Source of the DNA: Balanoglossus misakiensis | Taxonomy: Eukaryota > Animalia > Hemichordata | Direction: 5' to 3' | Length of the DNA: 64,000 nucleotides | Assembly (NCBI GenBank): GCA_040954595.2 | Contig: CM082593.2 | Span: 9,309,200-9,373,199 of the forward strand | Part shown: positions 37,055 through 52,100 of the stretch, piece by piece | Layout: each line of letters opens with the position of its first letter | How positions within the stretch are numbered: the first letter of the stretch is position 1 | Notes under the pieces: model-generated | Databases searched by the model: none | Seen by the model: only the letters and a program-made list of their open reading frames with translations | Told to the model about the DNA's origin: nothing | Made by a program: the position numbers and the translations under genes

Positions 37055-39544
37055 TTTTTTTTTCATTTTGATGCTTGAAATGAGGTAAAATCTGTTGTTG
37101 AGATTAGCATTCCAATGGCGCTTGGGTGAAGACGTTTGCTGGTGAAGCTGCGCCACCTAAGTCTAATTTGCAAGTCTTTCTACCTGCTTTCTCAGCCGTT
37201 ACCCCTTCTAGTAGTTTCATAATTTTATTGGTATTTTAAAAATGTTTTCCTGTTTTTTTTGTTTACTTTTTTATTTATTTTTTTACTTTTTGTTGATTGT
37301 AATGCTGTATGGCATACCAGTCATTTCAGTACTTTTACTATTTTATTACCATTACGAATAGTCAGAATACAGGGATGACGCCGTTATGGCGTTAGCCATT
37401 CACAATATATGTGACAGCTGGGTTGACATAGCTATATAAAGTGCTGTAGACACAGTGACGTGACAGAGCCTGAAATGTATGCCTGTCCTATCACTGCATG
37501 TATAGGATCGTGGACATGGGTTTGAATACAGAACTGTAATATAGTCTGAATGATTTTTTTCTCTCCAATATACACACAATTCTGCCTGTAGAGGCTACAT
37601 TGGCCCAATTTTCTAAAATTTATCTCTTGAAATACAATATCTACTCAACATGTCATGATTTACTGTATACTTGTTCGAGCGGTATCCTTATGACAGTCAC
37701 ACCTAGGCGACTCCACTGAAGTCTCTGGATAATAAGCGGACACGCGAACATGCATTAAATACACGTAAACTCCTCGACTGTGATTTACACGAAAAGCCGA
37801 AACGGCGGAGGGAATCACCATCAATCACCCAACACTCACGCAGGGCAGCGATCTGCAGTAGAAAAAATAATGCCAATCGGCATGGCAAAGTAACACTTAA
37901 AATTTACATGTCCATACATTTATGAGACGCATGTGCTGAATGGTACTGTGTCCCGGAAGCTTGAATTGCCTGATTAATAATTAAAACATGCAAATATACC
38001 ACAGCCTCTTATGGCAATTCAGAGACTATCGCTCTAAAAGGACCATGGTTGCGACAATATTTGCCAAAAAGCTGTATAAACTGTAGCTCATGATAATTCC
38101 TGACTTTAACGCGATCTGGTAGAAAAGTGTTTGCTTGTTTGTTACTTGATTGTGGTGGAGTGTTATTTATTTGCTAGCGACTAAACAAACATTCTGAGCT
38201 ATAAATTAAGTGTGTTGAGTGGTTTCTGTCAAAGTCTATACCCGTAAAGCCAATAACACAAACAGTATTTAATCTTTTAGACTCATAGTAAATTGCTTCT
38301 GATATGTACCTGTACATATCAAGCTGAACAGACAGCATGTCAATAAACTTCAAACTAAACCATCAGAATATCAAAAACAACAATACCTAGGGAATAGTCA
38401 CAGAAACCTAATTAATGGAAGGTCAAACTTATGACTTTTATAGTGGTCTTGTGTGGACAGGGATGTCATTTACACTTCTTTACTTAGTACATGAGTGAGT
38501 GTGAACACGCTGATATTAATAACAATTCAATCGATGTTGGCTAATAGGAACAATAGTAAACGTTTAAGTTTTAATACAATAAGTATGAATTAACTTGAGC
38601 GGTGCTGATAACAATTACACACTGGAGGCTGGTACACATGGAGTCTCACTGACTCCAACATGTAATCAGATACAGGTGAAGGCCATTCTCTATAAGAGCA
38701 ATAAAATATCTGACAGTTTTATGACAGCTGGTCAATATTTGCCTTAAAATGTTTGCCAACGTGGTTCTTATATACTCCCTTTCTTATCAGTACGTGTGTG
38801 GTGGGTCATGTGTCAATTGCCCTTGCATAAAATCTCAAGAGATGCCACTTTTGCATTATTTTCATGATTTTATTTTACAACTTAGATTGGTCTATCTTAA
38901 TATGTCATAATGTCATACAACAACAGCAAGGGACTCTTTTTGGAACTGTCTTTTCGACAAAATGAGCATTACTGTTTCTACAACACTTTACAACTCAAAT
39001 GATCTTGCCTTCATTGCTAATATTTTAGGAGATAGAATTTACATGGTTGACTACCAGGAGTCTGGTGAACAAGCAACTCTTCAAGAAAATGTGCTGGACC
39101 TTGTACAAATATGCCTTGCGAACTGAATTTAGTACCGTGAAATGCTTCTTGTCGGAAGCCATCCTATATAATTTAGTATAGTAGTACCTCTGTAATTTAA
39201 TGTGTTGATGTAACTCTTCTCATTTCGAGGAGGAATAAAGGAACAACAACAACAACAAAAACAACTCCAAACAGCATGCTAATATACCCTTACTTCACTT
39301 GTCAACATTGCCTGTGGGTGTGTAATGCTATCACAGATTTTACTACTTTTACAAGCAAATATGCAACTTGTCTTCAAAATATGTGTTTATTGAATATATT
39401 TATTTATTTATTTAGAGTCAAATGTTTTTGGTGACATTTAAATATTTAGTGGAAGGTATTTTATACATAAATTGTGGGTTCCAACATATTGTTGGGAGTA
39501 GCACAAGAAACTTCAGTGGCCACATAGAATTAATTTTCAACCTT

Positions 39545-39696
39545 CAGTAAAACCTGTCAAAACCAAACCCTGTCTAATCTTGAAACCTGTCTATACTGAA
39601 CACCGTTTCAGTCCCTTCGACATAGAATCACATATTAAAAGAACCTTTACAATTTCTTCAGTGCCTTCAGTGTTCTGTTCAGACAGGTTTTACTGT
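39545..39696. mobile_element. Tc1/mariner-type MITE
   Basis: TIR CAGTAAAACCTGTC/GACAGGTTTTACTG followed by TA; related copy at 47095-47266. Confidence 0.75.
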
Positions 39697-41832
39697 AGTT
39701 AATATCCCAAATGTCATAGCAGCTGCCCCTTTAAAACAAATTCTTTTCAAAAAATGTGTTTCTAATAGATTTGGTCAGGTGGAAAGGTATGTCACACACT
39801 GTTTGCACTGAACACTGAAGTGGTTGCCATTTTATTGACACAAATTGAATGACACGATGCATCACATTAGACTTACGGGTAAACCATTTTATTGTTAGGG
39901 GAGTGCAGCTTAGTTTCTACTCTGCCTATTCTCTGATTTTTTTTTCTTTACTATTTGGCAGAGGCAAAATGCAGACTAGTTATGGAAGTGTTCCTAAGTA
40001 ACCATGCATCAATTATTTCTATTAATCTAAGCACAACATGTAAAATATAAATCAACCAGGTAGACTCATGTCTCCCCCTACAGTAATGGTGACAATTCCT
40101 ATCATAGTACCCAACTTACTCAAGTAAACACACTTAATGTTAGCAAACAGTCCTATAGATATAGCCTGGACCCCTGTCCCATTCCTGCTGCTGGTAGTGA
40201 CAGCAGGGTTAGAAAGTGGGCAGAGAACAAGAGTATCTTACAGGCCTCTTTCATGACCCCTGTGTGACCTTACATCCTGGTGATTTGTTGGTTTGACATC
40301 ATTCATCATTCAATGTTAAATACAACAGCTAATCTTTCTAACACAGGCAATGTTTAACAGTTTTGTTCAAGGATGAGAAAAAATGCATTGATTTAATAGC
40401 GTGGTTGGTAAACTCGAAATTGTATACTCACACCAACAAAATTCCAGGATCAGGAGGTCAAAAGGGGTCATAAAAGTGGCATGATATAGCTTAGTAGCCA
40501 GTGGTGTAATATTTATATGAACTGTGCAACTTCATGCATATTTCAATGTTATAAGTATTGACTGACATATAAAATTTCTTTGCGATGTCGAAATTCAATG
40601 AGAAGAAACAAAAGCCAAAAGTTACCACATTTTATACTGACAATGATTTGTTTTGTACAGTTTACCCTATGGATCCAGCTATCATAAGAATAGGTCCAAT
40701 AATTGTAGCTTTGGTGGGCTGGTTGATCGCTGACGGGCTTGATCAACCAGCCCATCTAGGCTACAATTTTTGCAGCTATCATAGGAAGGGCACATTCGGA
40801 ATACCCCCCACTGGGCAAAAAGGTTGATATACATTCAGTATTTTCACGTATATGGACACGTAGATTAGGAATATGCGCAAGTATACAATAGTCTGCACAG
40901 TTGTACATCTACAATCTGCACCACGTATATGTGACGTATATTCACGTATATGGAACATACCAATGTGTTAGTATACGTGCACTTATATCTATGAAGATCA
41001 CGGGTGTGCACAACGCAGACCAATGCAGATCAAGTGCACACTATAAACATTCCAACGTATTTGTACACATTCTCAGTGCATATCTTCCTTGCTATTTGCA
41101 TGACTGTGTTATTAGCATACGTTACATCATCATCACAGACATTTACATTTGCATAGTTGAGTTCACATTCCTGGTATTTTTACATATATTTAACGCAGAC
41201 CCTTCCAGAAATTACCATACATTATGTCATCATTGTTGGCAAATATTTGCAAAATAATTTTGGGGTCATATTTAAATTACCCCAAAGGTCACAATTCTGG
41301 GGTCATCCTTCATTGTCAGGATTTGACCTTTCCTTCTTATTCACCTTTGCTGTAAATTTGTTACTATTAATCTGCTTTGAGATGCAACTGCATTTCAAAG
41401 CAGATCAATAGCAACAAATCGGTAAATGCATATTTCAAGCCGATACACTTCCTCCCATCGTGCATCAACAAAAAACTGCTCACATAATAAAATTCACTTA
41501 AAAGGTAATTTTATTTAAAACATATAAAATGATTAAAGACATTACATGGACAAAGAACAAAGTGTTTTGTTTTTAAATGCAAACCTAAAATCTGAAAAAT
41601 AATCCTCAAAGTCTAGCTTCATTCAGTAACTCCAAAATACCATGAAAAATTTGCTTCATCTGACATCAGATCGCCTGCTTTCACCATGTTATCCTATTAA
41701 AGGGGAAATCAGGCGTAGCTGATTTCTACATAATTTGGTAGCTTTGATGTCACTCTTTCAGAAAAAAACATATTCGCCATGTATAGGTCGCGCGATTTTT
41801 TACAAAATCTAGGGAAAGTTGGCAGAATTTCC

Positions 41833-42187
41833 AATATGGCGTTTACTGTAATTTGAATCATGGGAAAAAAAGCGCCAGGACCAACTTCCGCCCACCTTGG
41901 TGTGGGTGATACCATTTTCCGATTGGTATCACTGCATCACAAGCTAAGCGTATTTGCATATTTTTCATGGGTTATAGCTCATGAAAACTGTCAATAGATG
42001 ACAAATTTTCGACTTTGCTGATGATTGTTTATCAACTGATGCAAAGAACAAACAATAGCTATGAAAATACGCCTAGTCTGTCGCCCAGTGACACCAATCG
42101 GAGAATGGTATCACCCACACCATGGTGGGCGGAAGTTGGTCCTGGCGCTTTTTTTCCCATGATTCAAATTACAGTAAACGCCATATT
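41833..42187. mobile_element. MITE with ~105-bp TIRs
   Basis: AATATGGCGTTTACTGTAATTTGAATCATGGG.. mirrored at 42087-42187. Confidence 0.85.
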
Positions 42188-42220
42188 TAATTTAAGGAGA
42201 AACCAAAAATGTACAATTAA

Positions 42221-43015
42221 GATGGGTCCCTGGGATCTTTTTGCTCGTTGCTATGGGCCTTTATAGGACACTACACTCAATTTTGATCGAAACCGTTATG
42301 AACGTCCGACAAGGGGCTTGTAACTAGTTAAAAATACGCACGATTGTGTGCACACCCCCTGTCTGAGTATGTTTACGGCAGCTACCGCCCGGCCATAGGC
42401 CGCCACGCTAATACGGCAAAGCAGCGGTCAGCGATAGCGTGCGCGTCCTGTAACCACAGTAACTGGATCGAACGCTAAAAATCCAATGTTTTGTACACAG
42501 AGATTTTGTACCGTTCACAAAAATCCCTAAGGCTTTTTTCACAGGCGACGTAGGCCAGCCAAATTTGACCTGCTTGTTGAGAACGCACTTCTGCATAGTG
42601 TGACGGATCGTTTTTTCGGTTTTCGTCGTGTTAAGAAGCGATACCAGTGGAAGAGTGCGTCCAAAAACACCCAAAATCGATGACTTTTTCAGGTGTGGTA
42701 CGGGTATGCTGAAATCGTAGGATACAACGATAATATTCGAAAACAAAATCCGTCACGATCTTCCCTGGTTCAAGCAACTAATGAATACGTATCAAGTTCG
42801 TTTTTGAGGTCACGGAATAAAAAGCCTTAGGCTTTTGAAATTTGACCTAGCTAATTTGCATATCAATGGCGTCAGCGGGCGCGCGCTCACAATCGTGCAG
42901 ATTTTCAACTAGTTACCAGCCCCTTGTTAGACTCTGAAAACGGCTTAGTCCAAATCGGGGTGTAATGTCCTATAAAGGCCCATAGCAACGGGCAAAAAGA
43001 TCCCAGGGACCCATC
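42221..43015. mobile_element. TTAA-flanked non-autonomous DNA transposon (Kolobok-like)
   Basis: TTAA TSD; long imperfect TIRs GATGGGTCCCTGGGATCTTTTTGC..; RR terminus rather than the piggyBac CCY. Confidence 0.8.
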
Positions 43016-44410
43016 TTAAGAGAAATAACAACACGTTCAATTTTACTGATCATACATCTTTAACACAATTTCTCAAAGAATGTTTGGTAACTGGCTTTCA
43101 GCATCTTTGCTATTGTCAACGTTTTGCCATCTCTAAACATCATGAAGAAAATAGCTTAGAACGAGTACCCTCGTAAACCACTCAACATTTTGTGTGTTTG
43201 TTTGTGTGATACCATGAGGCGATCGATGATATGGTCAGGGCATTATGGCCAAAGGGGACCATACCTGTCCTTTCTAATAAGGGCTACACAAAGAGAACAT
43301 TGTTTCTTGTTATCTAAATTTGACTGCATGGGCGAATTACATTTTCAAGCTGTTACGTACCGATCCCAACATGAAAATTTAGCATTCAAGGCTTTTGAAT
43401 GAAATTAAGATGAAGAGAATTTAACTGTCCCTGCATACACCTATGCAACTATGAAGGACACTATGATTTCTGTGTTTATAATGATTCATCTTGGCGTGTA
43501 TGTGATCATGCACTATCCTAGTCTAGTATCTAGCCGTCAACTTTGCTTCCAAAAATAACATCTAGATCAAGCATGCCACTGGCCCAATAAAACCTGATAG
43601 CCAAGTGATCATAGGTTAGCATGACATTAAACTGAGTGCGGCTGAAACACTGTTCGCTTACAATCGACAATTGTGTCACCTTGAATGAACTCGCACAGGT
43701 CAGAAAGGTCATTGTCTGTTGATATGGTAATTGGTATCTATGTGGAGTGAGCCACTGAAGAGATGCTAATCAGACTCGAGAATGATTGACTATACAGTAA
43801 TACAGACATAGATTGAAAACTTTGGATTGTGATAATAAAATATGACGAGCAATTTATTACTAGTAAAAACTTTGTACGTCCAGCACAAACAACAAACAGT
43901 TTCCATGATGTCATTGTTAAAAGTTGTGTGCCCCACTCACAGTCTCTCGATCCAACACAGACACCCCACTCACAACTGACGGATTGACTGACTGACTGAT
44001 TCACCTTTCCACAGATGTTTGGACAGTCATTTGATGTCTTGTAGAACAAGTCAGATTCATGGACTAATATTTTAGGCGTACAAAACGCGCATAGCACAGA
44101 GCTGGTTTGAGCTGACTTGCAATTGGAGCTAACATGCAAATGTGAGCACACATATATTGCCGTGTCTACAAGTTGCTGTCTGCTGCAGTGTTGAATTTCA
44201 TCGACAATTTGTCAAGTTTTCACAACTTTAATTTTGCTGCGACACGTTCTGTCCGGGTGGTAATTTGTAAATTTTGTCGTTCAAATGTTTCAGTCCACTT
44301 GAACCAAGAAAAATCTCAGCAGACGGATATTTATTCTGAAACACCTGTTGATAGATTATGGGTGGTCAGGATGAGACGGACAGCGTAAATTCAGTTCAAA
44401 AGTAACTTAC

Positions 44411-44440
44411 CTGTGGGTCTTTATCTTCCGGGGAAGCCAT
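44411..44440 (-). CDS. Possible first coding micro-exon of an unidentified gene (MASPEDKDPQ)
   Basis: GCAATGG start context and consensus donor CAG|GTAAGT; downstream exons not found. Confidence 0.35.
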
Positions 44441-46172
44441 TGCATTGTTGTGTCATTAACATTGCCTTGAAATTCATTCACAAATTACACCATATCACGA
44501 TGTTGCAGTCTTGAGTTCAACTGGCAAGTTAGTTTTGTTGGGATTGCGTCGTCTAGCTAATCATTTGATTTTGAAGACTGTATCTGTATAAAAGTCAATA
44601 AGTAAATACAAGCTGCACTACAAAGAAAAATAAGCATCTATTTGTCAGAATCATGATGGCACACAGAGTATTTATGAAACTGTTATCAGTTTTGCAGATT
44701 CGATTGTACACAGCCATAAATGGCAAAACAATCCCTTCACAAAATGTAAATATAATGGGTCAAACAAAATATATTGCGGAAGCTGCAATTAATATTACAC
44801 AATTCTCATTCCACGTTCTCATGTTGGTTTTTGGCGACATTCATGTGATGGTAATGACTACTTGGTTTACTATTGCAATGTGAAGTTATTAAATTAATTT
44901 GCTTTTTCATAAATAGTGGAACACATAACTGAAGTTTTGTGGGCCAAACTTGACTTCATATCTGCACTCTTCATTCTGTCAACATTTAATTAATCCACAT
45001 TAATTGTAGAGTTATCGAGTCAGTCAGAGCAATTAGCACCCTTCCCAGGTACTCAAGCTTTAGACTGTCAGCAGTCATCACTCCCCAGGCACGATCACAA
45101 CTCCCAGCATTTTTGTAGCAATGATATAAAATTATTCATGTCATTGTTGTTAGTGAAACAAATTGTTTTTCGACCACATTCTTGAACACCAATTATTGTG
45201 TCTGTAATTAAGCTATTGTGTTATTTCTCACATACTTAAAACATAAATTGCTAGAGAAAAACTACAGAAGGAAAGTGTATACAGAATGACAAAAGGAAAA
45301 TATATGAATGTCGAAAGATTGTGAATTTCTACCCTCCCCTGGTGGTGATACACTCAGGGTCAATAGCTATCCATGCATGTTCCCAAAACTATCACAGAGA
45401 AGGGGACGCTTTTCGGTATCATCACTGTCTTTGAAAATGATAAAAAATGGTACATCTTATAACATGACAATGTTCAAATGAGATTTGAAATACGGATGGG
45501 TGTCTAAACCATAGTTCTTTATATTAGAAACATTGTTATTGCTTTATATTTGTATTATGGCATTAACTGTCCCAGTTTTTGTAAATTAGGAGCTAAGGGG
45601 GCTTTTGTCTCATTTTCTTCCATATATATATATATATTCAGACAGTGTTTTATTCAGGATGGTATCAGCAGGGGGTATATGTCCCCCTTCGCCAGAATAT
45701 TTGAGGGTGATTCCACTCTGGCAAGGGGGAATGTTATATCTTCAACATGTGAGTAACATCATTTTAAAGGGCACTCAGGTGCCCCTTTGACAATTAAATT
45801 TCCAGGGGGTACCAACACATCAATAGGAGGTGAATCCAAATTGTCTTTTTGTTGTTGAAAATTCCTGGAAATGTTATGGACAGGCAATGTCTATTTTCCC
45901 TGAGAGTGCCAGCACCGGTTTTGTATTTCTGTTTTCCTGTTGCCCTTTGGAGATCTTGCTGCTTTGTCTTGGAGAAGAGTGATTGTGTTGTCTTTGTTTT
46001 CTCACAACATGATGTCATCATTTTGTATTCAAATTGGCGTACATGATCATGTTTTGGCTTCATAATTTTTCATTAATGAAGATTTCAATGTTTTCCTTTT
46101 ATATTACTGCTGTTTATGATTGCATTTTGAGAATATTTTGATGAAAGAAATGTTGATTGTTGAATGTTACAG

Positions 46173-49100
46173 AATCTAATCAATGCCGCAGTGAAGGGTG
46201 ATGTTGCAAAGATTCAGTCGCTGATAGCTGATGGATATGATGTCAATGCAAGGAGTAAATACCCAGGACAGGTAAGTGTTCGTATTGACCAATGTTTTAT
46301 ACAGAGTCATCGCTCAGGGCTAGCGTTTGATATTTAATTTTTCACATGAGGTGCATGCAGGAACTTAAAAAAATTGTGTGAAACTGTATTTCAATTACGT
46401 GCAACAAAATAACGATAGACAGCCTGGGTTTTTGGTAAGTAACAACTTTTAATAGAAATATATTTTTAAAATAACGAATTTTGTTGAAATAAAATGGATT
46501 CTTGGTGCAAACAAGATATTCCTAATGTCAATTCTTCCACAAAGATAAACTTACAGACACGGAGAGGTCTGCTGCAAGCAGTATTTTTAGGGGTCAACTA
46601 TGGTGTTTCAAATTCTCTGTGGCAAGAACTAATTCTCAACTGGGGTGTTTTTCAAGGTCCATCGCACTATTCTGTTTGCAAATACATCATTGCAGTTTGC
46701 CACGCCGCTTTCTATAGCACCCCTGATGCTGTTACTGTAGTAGCACTAGCTGAACCCCTGAAATGTTCCAGGACCACTTCAACTGTTCACATGTAATATT
46801 TTATGCCGGCATTTGAGCAGAGACGTTTCAGAAACATTTCAATGGTTATGAGTGACTGGCTTTTCACACAACAGTAACACTGAATCAACTAGATATCTAT
46901 GAACTTCCAAAATACCACACACTCCCAAAATGATATCACAACACCACATTTAGATTGTGCAAAAACAGACCTACACTAGCCCACAAATATAAATAATCTC
47001 AATTCAGTGCAGACTTTTTCATCAACAGTTCCAGTTTTACCTAGTGTGAACATGGTATCAGTCTACAGTTTGGTTCAATGTGGTTCAACCACATACAGTA
47101 ATACCTGTCGAAATGGAACATGCCGTATCTGGAAAACTGTCTATAATGAACACATTTTCCTGTCCCCTTGACATAGAACCACGTGTTAAAAGAACCTTTA
47201 CAAACCAGAAACGTCTGTAAACTGAACAATTTCTTCTGTCCCTTTGGATTAGACGGGTTTTACTGTACATGTGTTTTGGTCATAGAGAATTGTCACTCAA
47301 CCTTAGAAAATACTATTATTATGATCTTTCAGAATCAAATCTATATCAGTCTATTACTGAAATAACACACCATCATAATCAAAACCATTATTACAATAGT
47401 GACTGAAGCTCATTGTGATGAAATTCCTAGAGTTTCCTCATCAAAAGATCAAGCAGTTGACTCACATGGCAAGTATCAGATTTGTGATGTCATTTTTATT
47501 CCAACATTAAACGTCTTTATTCCAGAATGATTCCACAGCATTGCATGCAGCGTCCTTCAAAGGTAAATTGGATGCTGTCAGGATGTTGATTAGCCATGGT
47601 GCAGATGTCAATGCGAAGGATGAGGTACGTGAACTGACTTATCACTTTATTATGGATAATGTGGCCACACAATTGGATAATAAAAAAATGCCTTTGAAAA
47701 AGACCTAATTACAACACTCTTATTTTCATCCAAAATTACTTTGCATGATCCAAATTCAATGGGAAGAAACAAGCTAACCCTGAACAAGAAGAGGGAAAGG
47801 CCAAAAAGTATTACCCATACTGATTTAGTTTTACTAACCATGATACCCTTGGGATCCAGCCATAGGAAGGACAGTGGGACACATTGCACTCTAAATTTAA
47901 CAATCTTTACAATTTAGCCAAAGATGTTGAACCATAGTGTATTTGACACATTTGTTCCGAATGAATAAATATGTTCCAGAAAGTAAATTTTGATGCATTT
48001 TTTTGTGTTTCACCAAAGTTAACAAATTTTTTTTTTTTTCAAGCCATCTCTGAAATTTTGCTGGCAATCTTTTTTTAAATCTTCCAGATCCCCTCCATCC
48101 TTAGTTAAGCTATGGAGTCAAAAACATCCAATGTTAAAAACTATATGACCAGTCAAAGCGTTTTCCTCGCTGTTAGAATCAATTGAGATTCTTCACCGTC
48201 ATTCTTTGATCTGTATTCATTTTAACAGTCGGCAATTTTCATTTTGTGTGTAGAAGGACTGTGCATTATCCTTTCAAATCAGTCAGTATGCCATTCTTGC
48301 TTGTTTTTTGCAATATGGCTGATACTTTTGATATTTGTTTATTTATTTGTAGGTTTGTTTGTTTGTTTGTTTGTTTAAAGAAACCTCATATTACATTTCA
48401 ATTTTTGTGACATTGTTCCCATGCTTCTCCTTCATTACTTACAGGATGGAGTCACCCCTTTGAATGATGCAGCAGGGTTTGGTGGTGAAGGCTGTGTCAG
48501 ATTGTTATTGGAACACAAAGCTGATGTTACCATACAAACCCAGGTAAATACCAACTTGACTTCTGCAGGTTAATCTATCAGTATGGAATGATTTATTCAT
48601 TCATTTTTTGTTTGTTTGTTTGTTTGTTTGTATGTTTTTTGTTTAAGGAAAATTACACATTACGTTTAATTTTTGTGACATTGTTCTCATGCTCCTCCTT
48701 CATTACTTACAGTGGGGAGACACCCCTTTGCACTCTGCAGCAAGGAGGGATGTTGGTGAAGGCCGTGTCAGATTGTTATTGGAACACAAAGCTGATGTAA
48801 CCATACAAAACAAGGTAAATACCAACCTGACTTCTGCAGGTAAATTCTAAAAGTATGAGCTTTCTCAATAGTGCCATTTCCTCTGTAGTTTTCTTAGTAA
48901 ATTGTGTCTGGGATACAATGTATATATTTGTCCATTGCCCTTTGAATCAAAACTACTCCCTCCATTGGTCAGGTGTTGTACAGATAGACTGATGACAGTC
49001 CATGCCAATCCTATCACAGAACGTATCAGATAGGGTGATTGTCTGTCGGCCTCCAGCATCTGCCAACTCCTGTCTGGTACCTAATACAATTCATCATAAG

Positions 49101-52100
49101 GAGGTGCCATATAATTTGTCACTGTCCTTTGAATCAAAACTACTTCCTCTCGGCCAGGTGTTGTCCAGACACAGACAAGTATTGATTCATTATGGTGATG
49201 TGATTGTCTCTCCTATATCTGAGACATTTGATCTCCACTGTGAGCAATTTGGAGTTATGAGAAAGGGGGATTGTCTCCAGCATCTGCCAAAAACTGTCGT
49301 GTTGAACATAAGGATGTTGTTGTTTATTGCATTGTTTATCGTCAATCTTTTGTGGTTTAAATAATAATCTCATTATTGGCACAGCGATTTCTGTCTGTCC
49401 TTCTGTAGACAGATTTTGTTCCACTCATATCTTGAGAGAAATTGAATCCAATGATATGAAATTTTGTATGTAGCATTGTTATGATAAGTTCTAGATCTGA
49501 TAAGATTTTGGTGGGTATGGCTTATTAATAAATTCTCCTTTGCATATTTGTGTGTGGTCGAACGTTAATTCACTACATACACATGTAGAATAACATAAAC
49601 AGTGTCTTGTATCAAACATAATTAATGGAAAAAGGGAAGCGAGAGAGAGAGAGACTTTGTCCCTTTAATATTCAGGAATTTACTTTTCTTGTATACGTAC
49701 ACTCTTATAATGATTGTAAATCTTGAGAATGGCTATCAAGTTGACAACCCTCGCACAAGTACATCATGTACATAAACAAAAATAGTCTGGTTTGTGGAGC
49801 CTCCTCCCTTTTTTACAGGAAGTACTTTCAAAATATGTTTATGCAATCAGTCCACACTCATGCTCAGTTTTGTGTCAGAATTATAGTCATAGCAACATTT
49901 TGAGTAAGACTTTACCAGAAGAACTTGTTTTCATTGCGGCTCTGATTGGGGCCGTTTTAAAAAGGGGTTTGTTTGGCAACTTTTAGGACCGAAGGACGGA
50001 TGCGCAGCCATGGTCACATCACACATGTCAAGTTGGGGACTTGCTGGGGGCAGGGGTGCTTGTTGACGGTGCCGAGAGGAGTCGGCCAGTTTTAGCTTGT
50101 ACTTCAGGCCGAATAGCACAGTGCCAACCCAATTTACCTTTTATAAACTTTATAAAATATAATACATTTTAACATTAAATTGTTCAGTCGGATGATTTTT
50201 TTCATCATTCTGAGCAACACAGCGGCAGCATTTGGACTGCTCTTTCTCTTGGAAATAGCTCAAGCTTATAAAACATGAGGTCTGTGCGGCTCCACTCCTC
50301 AGCTTGTCATCACTGTCTGTCACTTACCCAATCATTTCAAAGGGGGTGATCAAGATGGCCAGAACAGCAAGTTTTAACCAACCAGGTTCCAGAACCTGAG
50401 AGAAGGTGCTAAAAGCATGCAATAGATATATTGATGAGATAAACATTGGGAACAATAGGATTAAGGGAAGTGTGACTGGTCCAATCTGTTCTGTTTTAGT
50501 GTGGGGCACGGCTGGAATGGTTACACAAATGTCCTTGAAAGTTAGTGCTACTGTGGCTTCCAATGTTATCTCTTATGAAGAGTTTTGATAATTTTGTTTG
50601 TTCTTTATATTACATGAAAAGAATGACTGCATTCATTGCATTTAATTTTGTTTGCCACACATTCCCATTGGCCACAGTGTCCACTGAAGTCTTTCTTTGG
50701 TTATTAGACTTTTTGATGCAGTGCGATGGAGAAAGGGAATCAGTGTTAACTTTCTTCAGATGGTTTTTTTTTTGGTGAAATTCAAGTTTTTTTTATTTAA
50801 ACACTATTTCTACAAATAACGAGTGACACCATTGCACAACTCTACTTGATATTGTTGGACCACTCAGTAGAAATTTATTTTAATGATGATTGATTTATCC
50901 CTTGTCACATACAATTTCTCTGTTATTTCCCCTTTGATCGACATCGTTCAGTCTGCACAGCTTGGCTACTTTGTGCTGAGAACAGTCTGATGCCCTCCTA
51001 CAGGAAATAAACATAGTTTGGTTAGCTCAGATGTTTGATCTGTTTCCACATAAATCTCCACATATCTCAAATTTGTCATCATATTGGAGATGAGATGTGA
51101 TTATTCAAAATTCTTCTGACAATTCTACTAAATGTCACTGTAGTTGTTTGCTAAATCTTCTTCTATATTGTGCAGGTTGCAAAAATAAATTGGTCCCATT
51201 CAGGAAATGTTCACTAACATCACATCACTGTCAGTTTTTTGATAGAAAATCATAAATAAAGTTCAGTTTAAAATTGGTGTATTGGTTATCCGTAATGTTA
51301 TCTGTTTTGCAAGTTGTCAAATTTGAGTTTGTTTGTGAATTATTTATAGTAACTTTTCTTTCTGTATCAACTGGCAGATATTTTGTCAGAATTCTTTTAG
51401 CTCGTTAAAATGCATGTATAAAACTGAATTACACATCTTGTGTGTAGAGTCGATACTGTTTCTGTTCAAATGCCATTTACTGTTGGTTAATATTATCCAC
51501 AAGGGAGTTTGCGATTATTTGTCGTTTGTGTGTTTGTTCGATCGTTCATTTTAACAAAATAACCTCATGTTACATTTCATTTTTCTTGACATTCTCATCA
51601 TGCTCCTCCTTCATTACTTACAGAATGGAGACACCCCTTTGCATTATGCAGTAAGAGGGTGTCGTGGTGAAGGCCTTGTCAGATTGTTATTGGAACACAA
51701 AGCTGATGTGACCATACCAAACAAGGTAAATACCAACATGACGTCTGCAGGTTAATTCTATCAATGCGGATATATTCATTCATTTGTTTGTGTCTTTGTC
51801 TATTTGTTTGTTTGTTTGTTAGTTTGTTTGTTTGTTTAAGGAAATTTCACATTACATTTCAATTTTGTGACATTATATATATATATTTATTTCACTATCT
51901 TAGGCCACCGGCCTTCATACAATAATTAAACTGATAAATATACAGACATGCAGTGGGGCTTACATTGACATAATAGATACAATGCCATCAAAACAGAAAT
52001 AGACGTGTATGCGATCAAGTGTCCTGCAATAAATTATCTCTTAACTTAAAACTATAATAAATAAACTTTGCCAGATTAACTAAGGTGTGGGGGTTTTGAG

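Noticed and set aside
37060-41690. Genes or RNA genes in this stretch
   Set aside because: No convincing exon, domain, tRNA or rRNA signature seen; small exons cannot be excluded by eye
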